This document shows, one piece after another, positions 1 through 5,411 of a stretch of 5,488 nt of DNA. This stretch comes from Candidatus Nanopusillus sp. GTDB lineage: Archaea; Nanobdellota; Nanobdellia; Nanobdellales; Nanobdellaceae. The position numbers were made by a program, and so were the translations under genes. The stretch lies in contig JAWDMD010000030.1 in NCBI GenBank assembly GCA_046536775.1, positions 1 to 5,488 of the forward strand. The letters run 5' to 3'. The stretch's first letter is position 1. Every line of letters begins with the position of its first letter. Under the pieces are notes generated by a model that was not told the DNA's origin, made no database searches, and saw only the letters and a list, made by a program, of their open reading frames with translations.

Positions 1-1
1 T

Positions 2-106
2 ATGGGAGAAATCATAAAGGCAAGGAGACCTGAATATATAGCTCAGGAGATAGCAATGAAGGTTCATTATTATAATATTATGAGAAGTATGACGGAGGCT
101 TATTAA
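2..106 (+). CDS. 3' end of an unidentified protein-coding gene (partial, enters from the left edge)
   Basis: The frame starting at position 2 is open from the window edge to TAA at 104-106 (...GEIIKARRPEYIAQEIAMKVHYYNIMRSMTEAY*). Frame 1 is stopped at 31-33. The fragment is too short to identify. Confidence 0.3.
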   Translation: MGEIIKARRPEYIAQEIAMKVHYYNIMRSMTEAY

Positions 107-169
107 TTATGCAACACACTTATTCCGTCATTAAAATTTAAATATTGGAAACTCTATCAAAGATGCAAA

Positions 170-616
170 ATGATAAAGTATTGCCCTAAATGTGGAACAC
201 CTAATCAGAATGATGCTAAATTTTGCATTAAGTGTGGTTACCAGTTCCCACAGGAAGAACAAGTTTCAAAGCAACCACCTCAACAAATTGCTCAGTCCTC
301 CCCTCAGCCTATTCAACAAACAGCTCAGCATTCTCAACAAAAAATTCCAACTTCCAACCCAAAGCAAAAAAAGGGAAATGATATAGATTTGGAGCTTGCG
401 TTATTACTTATATTGGGTATTATAGGTATTATAATTCCATTTGAATTTTTTATTAAGTTATTTATAGTGTTAGGTATATTATTTATTATTTGGCGTATTT
501 ATAAAATTAATGAATATTGGGATCAAGGGCTAAAGAAATCCAGAATTGAGTATCAAGAGATCACAGAAAAATTAACTCAAATAATAGACCAGCTATCGCA
601 GAATAAATCAAAATAA
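170..616 (+). CDS. Small zinc-ribbon membrane protein: N-terminal CxxC...CxxC zinc ribbon, Gln/Pro-rich linker, hydrophobic TM region
   Basis: 148-codon ORF. The N-terminus [26 protein letters not shown] has a CPxCG-x11-CxxCG zinc-ribbon pattern. A low-complexity Q/P-rich linker follows ([23 protein letters not shown]). Then come about 45 hydrophobic residues ([33 protein letters not shown]), enough for two TM helices. A TATA-like tttaaata lies about 25-30 nt upstream of the ATG, and a T9 tract follows the stop. Confidence 0.75.
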   Translation: MIKYCPKCGTPNQNDAKFCIKCGYQFPQEEQVSKQPPQQIAQSSPQPIQQTAQHSQQKIPTSNPKQKKGNDIDLELALLLILGIIGIIIPFEFFIKLFIVLGILFIIWRIYKINEYWDQGLKKSRIEYQEITEKLTQIIDQLSQNKSK

Positions 617-629
617 TTCCCAAAAGCAA

Positions 630-638
630 TTTTTTTTT
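630..638 (+). terminator. Oligo-T (T9) tract, archaeal-style terminator after the zinc-ribbon gene
   Basis: Nine consecutive T at 630-638, 14 nt after the stop at 614-616. An A6 run follows at 639-644, so the T/A tract could terminate transcription in both directions. Confidence 0.5.
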
Positions 639-805
639 AAAAAATACAGGTGATCCACGAGCAACTTTTGAATGAGGGTAATCAAAAACAAGTATAAAAT
701 TTGACATATAAAATGTTGACATGTAATTCCACTTTAGTTATATTTTTTTTTGAAATTTTAATGTATAGTAAAAGTTTCTACTCCTATTTTTTTAGTTCTC
801 TTTAT

Positions 806-814
806 AAAAAAAAA
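806..814 (-). terminator. Oligo-T (T9 on the - strand) downstream of GC-rich module D
   Basis: An A9 run on + at 806-814, plus A6 at 827-832, reads as T9 and T6 on the - strand just after the GC-rich sequence ends at about 843. Confidence 0.3.
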
Positions 815-842
815 TAAATACCTGTTAAAAAATATTTATTTT

Positions 843-1100
843 GGGACTTCCAACCCTAAGACTCCCTCTCCATACTTGTCGGAAGGAATTTTGCCGGGCA
901 GGTTATATTCGCAATCCAAAACTGAAATTAAGCATTTTTACAGTATCTATTATTGCATTGTAAAATTCTTTTCTATCCTCAAGCGATTAGGCTGGAGAAA
1001 AACAGCCAGCAGTTCCCGAAGTTCACCCTCCTCCCGAATGGCATTTCCCTCAGGGTGCTCAGGAACAGGTTCAGCCACGGAAACCTAGATTAGAGGAATA
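843..1100 (-). ncRNA. GC-rich module D: candidate structured non-coding RNA segment (family unknown). Two GC-rich blocks (843-905, 985-1100) flank an AT-rich core.
   Basis: It is C-rich on +, so G-rich on -. The only ORF (876-1088) gives a low-complexity S/R/P-rich translation. Short motifs are shared with modules A, B and C: cagccacgg at 1072-1080, tagagga at 1091-1097, gccgggcagg at 893-902. The segment ggcaggtta at 897-905 is the exact reverse complement of taacctgcc at 1388-1396. A TATA-like tttatatt (- strand, 1104-1111) lies just upstream. This is the weakest of the four modules. Confidence 0.3.
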
Positions 1101-1108
1101 CGTAATAT

Positions 1109-1116
1109 AAAAAAAA
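1109..1116 (-). terminator. Oligo-T (T8 on the - strand) at the 3' end of module A; overlaps a TATA-like box for module D
   Basis: An A8 run on + at 1109-1116 reads as T8 on -, directly after the GC-rich sequence ...cagcacagccctgta. The - strand reads ttttttttatattacg, which contains tttatatt. Confidence 0.35.
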
Positions 1117-1118
1117 TA

Positions 1119-1398
1119 CAGGGCTGTGCTGTTTTCTGTTCGTTTGTGCTGGGGTGAATGCCTGGATCCATGATTTTACAAATCTAGGGGACCGAGCCAC
1201 GGTAGTTCCATGTTCTTGTACCCCTGTGGTCCGGTTGGACAGGACCACCGTAACCTCCTTGGCCCCGTACCACAGTGGCCCATTAGCCCGGGGAGTACAG
1301 GGGAACTCAGCCCGATTCTGAGCTTCGGAAATCCAGGGAATCAGTGTCCAACTGCCCAATCCTATCCGGGGTCTGGCAGAGCTGTGGTAACCTGCCTT
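1119..1398 (-). ncRNA. GC-rich module A: candidate structured non-coding RNA (family unknown)
   Basis: Hand counts of four 60-nt rows give 52-65% GC, against 13-23% in the adjacent gene. Overlapping ORFs on both strands (1090-1359 -, 1210-1419 +) give implausible P/G/R/S-rich peptides. There is a perfect 7-bp long-range pairing of 1161-1167 (cctggat) with 1331-1337 (atccagg), enclosing about 163 nt. A perfect 7-bp hairpin pairs 1226-1232 with 1242-1248. An 8-bp helix with one bulged A pairs 1263-1270 with 1295-1303. A 5-bp hairpin pairs 1306-1310 with 1318-1322. The strand call rests on - strand T-tracts and the G-rich - strand. Confidence 0.45.
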
Positions 1399-1451
1399 AA
1401 GAATAAAAAACAGAAATAGAATTCGCCCCTAAAAAAATCTGTAAAGGCAGG
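1391..1451. repeat. Perfect 8-bp inverted repeat (cctgcctt / aaggcagg) closing the AT-rich spacer between modules A and B
   Basis: The segment 1391-1398 is the exact reverse complement of 1444-1451. The enclosed 45 nt (1399-1443) are AT-rich and contain both - strand oligo-T tracts: A6 at 1405-1410 and A7 at 1431-1437 on +. Confidence 0.6.
1431..1437 (-). terminator. Oligo-T (T7 on the - strand) at the 3' end of module B; first strong T-tract downstream of the 657-aa gene
   Basis: An A7 run on + at 1431-1437 reads on the - strand as ...ctcctgcctttacagatttttttagggg. Between the gene stop (1809) and this site, the - strand has no T-run longer than 4. Confidence 0.4.
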
Positions 1452-1790
1452 AGATCTATTAGGGGTCTCAGGAAAACCATTGAAAACTCAGAGAGCCACC
1501 TAGCCAGGGCTTTCAGTCCCTTGCTACTCCGTCCTCAGGTCTCCCAGCTAGCAGTCCCAGACTTTCCAGCCCTGCCCCCAGCCGGGCTCAACCAGATTTT
1601 TCAGTACCCATGCCCAAACCCATGTTTTTCAGCCCGGCCAGTTAGGCGACCCCATAAGACAGTCGGTGTGTCCAGCGGTACTCCCAGTCTACAGGTCCTG
1701 TTGCCCTGATCTTCTGCGAAGTCCACAGAATTATAAAGCTAAGCTGGGGGCAGAAGGCGTTGCAGAATGTGTATCAGTATCGGTCTGTTT
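1444..1790 (-). ncRNA. GC-rich module B: candidate structured RNA, possibly the structured 3' UTR of the 657-aa gene (family unknown)
   Basis: Hand-counted rows give 48-60% GC, and the module starts about 20 nt after the gene stop. A perfect 11-bp long-range pairing joins 1572-1582 (ctgcccccagc) and 1743-1753 (gctgggggcag), enclosing about 160 nt. A 5-bp hairpin pairs 1712-1716 with 1726-1730. The + strand has two internal T5 runs (1597-1601, 1625-1629) that would hinder + strand transcription in an archaeon. The + strand is C-rich. Collinear sequence blocks are shared with module C. Confidence 0.5.
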
Positions 1791-1808
1791 TGTTTGAATA
1801 AATTAGAA

Positions 1809-3782
1809 TTAAATAAAATGCAGAATCCCCAAAAGCTGCAGAATTCCCAATAATATTAATGCCAATGTTAATACTATTAACAATCCAGTAATTTCTTTAT
1901 TTTCTTCAGCTATTTCATAGTTTGAAAACAATTGAAGTCTATCCAAAAGCACCTTATGATAATAGTTTAATTTAAATGTATCTTTAATATTTTCGAATGT
2001 TTCTCTAAAAAATTTGGCATCGACAATATCTATATCATAATAAAATTCAAAGTCAGAAATAGCCTTTTGTGTAATTTTTTTAAGTTCTTTAGGACGAGGT
2101 TTTTTCTTTGATAAATGTTCTTCTATTTCGTTATTATATAAAATAAAGTAAGTGGCACTAGTTGTTGCCATATCTCCTAACAAAATTGACCAAGCTATAC
2201 CCCATTTTAACCCACACTCCTTAAAATTGATTATATTTTGATAAAAATCCTTCATATTACATAAATCCAAAAGAGTTACCCCACAATAATAATTTTCAAA
2301 AACAATTTCTTCAGGTACTACAGATCCATTTTCTTTAATTTCTTTTATAATGGTTTTAAAAGTTGTATCTTTCTTTTTATAATGTCTTTTTCTCACCCCT
2401 AAAAATTCTGATATATCTTCAATAAAATAGTCAGGAATTTTTTTCAAATCATAATTTTCAAGTTCCGGTCCTTTATCCAATACTATTTGTGAATTTTGGA
2501 AAATAATAAATGTTTGCTGTTTTTTGATATTTTCAATAAATCTATCAGGGTTCAGTGACTTTTTATATAATTTTATTATTTTATAAAAACTTTCTTTAAT
2601 TTTTCTTTTGTTTCTTAATATAATATCTAATATAAATTCAAAAATTAGATGTTTTTCATTCTCATCATATTCTTTATTATATTTTTTTATAATAATTTCG
2701 GATAATTTATTGTAGATTACGTAATCTACTAGTTTTTTTAAATAATTTATTGTTTTAATTTTTTTATATATATTTTCTCTAATTGGATAAACGATTTCAT
2801 TCCATATATTTAGCAATAAAAAGTCTTCAAAAGTAACAAATTCTTTTATTTCCTTTTTCCCTTCGCTCTCTACCTGTAATTTTCTTATATATTTGTTTCC
2901 GTAAATATTTTCTTTATCGCCTTTAATTTCATTCCCGTTTGAATTATTTTCATTTTTCCATTCAACATAAAAATCTTCAATATTTCTTAAAAAATAATCA
3001 TAGTCAAAATTCTTATCATTTTTTATTAAACGCTCTATAACAAATGTAACCGTTGCCACCCTCGAAATTGTATTATTATCATCATCATAATCAACATGTA
3101 AATAACCTTTGATGTTAGCATCAAATGTCTGCTCTTTGATAATGGGCGTTTGATTTACATAATTTTTATTAGTAATGTAAGCCATTTCATTTTTATATTC
3201 AAAGGAATAAGTTACCGGCTTCGAATCTTCAATTTCATAAAAATTTAAGTTTTCATTAAAAAACCTGATATGTATAAATCCCTCCCTACCTTTAGGGGTT
3301 AACACTTCATTTTTTCTTTCAAATAAATATAATAGGTTAATATCAACTTCTTCTTTTTCCTCAATTTTTTTCTTATCAATAATATATTCCTGAATATAAT
3401 CGTCAACAGTTTCAGGAGATAATAACAAAAAATTTTTAGGTATTAACTCCAATAAGTGTTGTTTATTAATCTTACTTATTTCCTTTCCTTTGCTTATATA
3501 TTTTTTAAATTCTTCAAAATTTATATCACTAATTTCTCCATTATTTGTTAAATCAACGCCAATGGTTATAATTCTTGCCCCATCTTTAATTTTTCTTTCA
3601 TATTTTTTTGGGTTTAATACTGATGCCTTCTTTTTATATTCCTCTTCTATAATCTGTTGCTGTTCTGGGGTTAATTGGTCTTTATTTTTTTCATAAATTT
3701 CCTTAATTGAATAATATTCGTATGGTGTAGTAATATTTTTGATCTTTTCCAGAAGATCTTCAAAGTTAGTTAATGTTAACAT
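1809..3782 (-). CDS. 657-aa hypothetical protein with a C-terminal transmembrane anchor (orphan, no recognisable catalytic domain)
   Basis: This is an uninterrupted 657-codon ORF in DNA so AT-rich that stop codons should be frequent by chance. The protein is rich in K, E, N and I. The last ~27 residues (ITGLLIVLTLALILLGILQLLGILHFI) form a tail-anchor-like TM helix. A second hydrophobic stretch is GLKWGIAWSILLGDMATTSATYFILY. The ATG at 3780-3782 sits about 23-26 nt downstream of a TATA-like box, suggesting a leaderless mRNA. Confidence 0.85.
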   Translation of the reverse strand: MLTLTNFEDLLEKIKNITTPYEYYSIKEIYEKNKDQLTPEQQQIIEEEYKKKASVLNPKKYERKIKDGARIITIGVDLTNNGEISDINFEEFKKYISKGKEISKINKQHLLELIPKNFLLLSPETVDDYIQEYIIDKKKIEEKEEVDINLLYLFERKNEVLTPKGREGFIHIRFFNENLNFYEIEDSKPVTYSFEYKNEMAYITNKNYVNQTPIIKEQTFDANIKGYLHVDYDDDNNTISRVATVTFVIERLIKNDKNFDYDYFLRNIEDFYVEWKNENNSNGNEIKGDKENIYGNKYIRKLQVESEGKKEIKEFVTFEDFLLLNIWNEIVYPIRENIYKKIKTINYLKKLVDYVIYNKLSEIIIKKYNKEYDENEKHLIFEFILDIILRNKRKIKESFYKIIKLYKKSLNPDRFIENIKKQQTFIIFQNSQIVLDKGPELENYDLKKIPDYFIEDISEFLGVRKRHYKKKDTTFKTIIKEIKENGSVVPEEIVFENYYCGVTLLDLCNMKDFYQNIINFKECGLKWGIAWSILLGDMATTSATYFILYNNEIEEHLSKKKPRPKELKKITQKAISDFEFYYDIDIVDAKFFRETFENIKDTFKLNYYHKVLLDRLQLFSNYEIAEENKEITGLLIVLTLALILLGILQLLGILHFI

Positions 3783-3804
3783 AAATAATATATTATATCA
3801 GTAA

Positions 3805-3812
3805 AATATAAA
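3805..3812 (-). promoter_or_regulatory. Candidate archaeal TATA box (tttatatt) with a purine-rich BRE-like agaaaaa upstream, for the 657-aa gene
   Basis: The - strand reads ttagaaaaatttatattttactgatataatatattatttATG. The box centre lies about 26 nt upstream of the ATG, which would give a leaderless transcript. The background is AT-rich, so a chance match is possible. Confidence 0.4.
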
Positions 3813-3883
3813 TTTTTCTAAAATAATTCATTGTTAGTTTAAATGCCATAATATATACAATGTTGCTATATGAATCAGAATTT

Positions 3884-4066
3884 TAGAGGGACCAGCATGG
3901 TCTGATAAGGTGATAATCAGTTTAAGGGACCCGCCGTACCAGAGCCACTGCCCCAACCCCCTTATCGGTGGTCAAGCCCTGCCGTACCCAGCCCCACCCG
4001 GATCCAGCCGGGTCAAATTCAGTCAATTTCAGTGAGTCTGGGGTCATGGGGGTGGCGAATGCAGGG
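3884..4066 (-). ncRNA. GC-rich module C: candidate structured RNA upstream of the 657-aa gene; a shorter relative of module B (and partly A)
   Basis: Hand-counted rows give 55-63% GC and there is no ORF. The + strand is strongly C-rich (3931-3960 has 17 C against 5 G). A perfect 6-bp hairpin pairs 3996-4001 (acccgg) with 4008-4013 (ccgggt). A 12-position pairing joins 3939-3950 and 4030-4041, giving 10 bp with a central 2x2 mismatch. A 6-bp pairing joins 3977-3982 (ccctgc) and 4061-4066 (gcaggg). Blocks shared with B are agccctgcc, ccagccggg, tcaa, tttcagt and gtaccca(t)gccc. The strand is uncertain, because TATA-like boxes exist on both sides. Confidence 0.5.
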
Positions 4067-4320
4067 ATAAAAATATGCAATTTGATTAATGTGCTTGAAT
4101 TCTATAATGAGGAGAAGAAGGAGAAGAAAAAAAAGCTTCATAATTAATCATCTTGGTTTTTATTAGAAAAGCAATTAATTTTTATTTCTCATGCTTATAA
4201 AAAGCATTAAAGGCATTTTTTAAAACAAGGAAGGAGTAAAAACATGTTTTCATTAACCGATTTGGATAATGTATTCTAATCGTTTTTCCCCCTTTTTGAA
4301 AAACTGATAAAAACATAGAA

Positions 4321-4343
4321 TTGACAAAATAGCATTTTGTCAA
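4321..4343. promoter_or_regulatory. Perfect 23-bp palindrome (ttgacaaaat-agc-attttgtcaa), candidate dimeric DNA-binding-protein operator
   Basis: The arm 4321-4330 is the exact reverse complement of 4334-4343, with a 3-nt centre. It lies in the ORF-free region between module C and the integrase gene. Confidence 0.5.
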
Positions 4344-4616
4344 TCAATTAATTATGGATCTTGAGGGTATTTATATACCTCGGAGGAAATTTTCTAGGCT
4401 AAAAGATAGAAAAATATGAAAATTCCTATATAAAGTATATTCGAAAAATATTGAACTTTTACATAAACATAATTGATACACTTACCCAAAGAGAATTTAA
4501 AAATACTAAATTTCACAAAAAAAGTGGATCATCAACACATATTATACGAATTATGAGGTAAATTGATAAAATAAGGGAAGGTATCTGTTGCAGATGCAAA
4601 ATACGCATCATATACA

Positions 4617-5318
4617 ATGATGAACACAATGAGGTCACTGAGGCACTTAATAAACGAGGGAGTAGATCTAAACAACAGAGAATCATTTAAGAACTGGATT
4701 CTGAAAATGAAAAGAAAAGGGGTAATGGACAAGACTCTGAACATATACATAAAGGCATATAACAGTTATCTTGAATGGAAGGGCGAGGAAAAAATAAAAC
4801 CTTATAAGGAGATGAGGGCATTTAAGACGGCCAGGGCTACAGAAGAGGATTACAAAAAACTGATGGATGCCTGCTATGGATATACTGAAATAAGAAATAA
4901 ACTTATGATAGACCTTTTATTCAAAACTGGGATCAGGTACAGGGAATTAATAAATATCAGGCTAGAAGACATAAAGGAAGATACTTTAATAGTAAGGGGC
5001 AAAGGGCAGAAAATTAGAGTAGTACATCTCCCAAGATCTGTAAGAGATCTACTCAAAGAGTATTTAAAAATAAGAAAAGCAAAACCTGGGAACAATTTCC
5101 TTTTTGTAAATTATTATGGAGACCAGTTGACATATGCGGGAGGTCATAAAATACTGAATGAAATTGCAAAAAGGGCAGGGGTACACTTTTCGCCACACTT
5201 GGCGAGGCGGTTTTAAACAAGAAAATTATATCAGGAGGGCTATGATATTGAAAAAATCCGCCTGTTGCTTGGTCATGAAAAGCTAGATACCACAAAAACA
5301 TACCTCAAAGTGGATTAA
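4617..5318 (+). pseudogene. Tyrosine recombinase / phage-type integrase (XerC/D-like) interrupted by one in-frame TAA at 5214-5216
   Basis: The conserved recombinase motifs appear in order: LLFKTGIRYRE (Arg I), RGKGQKIRVVHLP (Lys beta-hairpin), SPHLARRF (His-x-x-Arg). After the TAA, in the same frame, comes TRKLYQEGYDIEKIRLLLGHEKLDTTKTYLKVD*, which carries His II and the catalytic Tyr. The stop sits where the consensus H-x-L-R-H-x-F-A-T has the Ala. It therefore removes the catalytic Tyr from the 199-aa product. Confidence 0.85.
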
Positions 5319-5356
5319 GAGGATGCAATTAACGAGCTTAGAAAGAAGGACTTCGA

Positions 5357-5362
5357 TTTTTT
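5357..5362 (+). terminator. Oligo-T (T6) tract after the integrase reading frame
   Basis: T6 lies at 5357-5362, about 40 nt after the stop at 5316-5318. Confidence 0.3.
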
Positions 5363-5411
5363 ATATTTAAATCCTGAGGTACAAAACCAGACAACTCCGT
5401 CTAGTATCTTA

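Noticed and set aside
192-386. 64-aa ORF in an alternative frame inside the zinc-ribbon gene
   Set aside because: It is wholly nested in the better-supported 170-616 ORF, which has a clear zinc-ribbon and TM architecture. The nested ORF has no features of its own.
716-744. TTGACA, 17 nt, then TATATT: a near-consensus bacterial sigma-70 promoter
   Set aside because: The tRNA and terminator style indicate an archaeon, where sigma-70 promoters are meaningless. Such matches arise readily in AT-rich DNA. No downstream + strand gene is evident.
1556-1567. The - strand ggaaagtctggg resembles the RNase P CR-I element (GGAAAGUCCGGG)
   Set aside because: I could not find the partner P4/CR-IV-V element (ACAGAAnnCGGCUUA-like) or the other conserved RNase P regions. 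The surrounding sequence does not match archaeal type A or type M architecture, so this is probably a chance 10/12 match.
876-1709. Track ORFs inside the GC-rich island: 876-1088 (+), 1090-1359 (-), 1210-1419 (+), 1521-1709 (+)
   Set aside because: They overlap one another on opposite strands. Their translations are P/S/G/R-rich low-complexity strings typical of random frames in GC-rich sequence. They lack convincing start contexts, and their composition is unlike every credible gene in the window.
2300-3560. Single R-x4-H (REGFIH, HEPN-like) and the EF-hand-like loop DLTNNGEISDINFEEF in the 657-aa protein (approximate coordinates)
   Set aside because: One R-x4-H is expected by chance in 657 residues, and HEPN nucleases normally need a defined helical context or a second motif. 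The calcium-loop spacing is non-canonical. Neither is used for the functional call.
3490-3696. 68-aa + strand ORF antisense to the 657-aa gene
   Set aside because: It is an antisense shadow ORF within a long, well-supported - strand CDS. Its hydrophobic, F/S/L-rich translation is typical of the reverse frame of K/E/N-rich genes.
843-4066. Group II intron: structured RNA flanking an ORF
   Set aside because: There is no GUGYG 5' end and no recognisable domain V (AGC...GNRA...34-nt hairpin). The ORF has no reverse-transcriptase motifs (no YxDD block). The bulk of the structure lies on the wrong side of the ORF for the strand that encodes it.
4244-4279. 11-codon micro-ORF (MFSLTDLDNVF) preceded by aaggagt
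   Set aside because: It is too short to support as a gene from sequence alone. It is mentioned only within the spacer finding.
4532-5301. Minus-strand ORFs 4532-4750, 4874-5095 and 5053-5301
   Set aside because: They are antisense to the integrase reading frame, which carries the full ordered set of tyrosine-recombinase motifs. No motifs are recognisable in the antisense ORFs.
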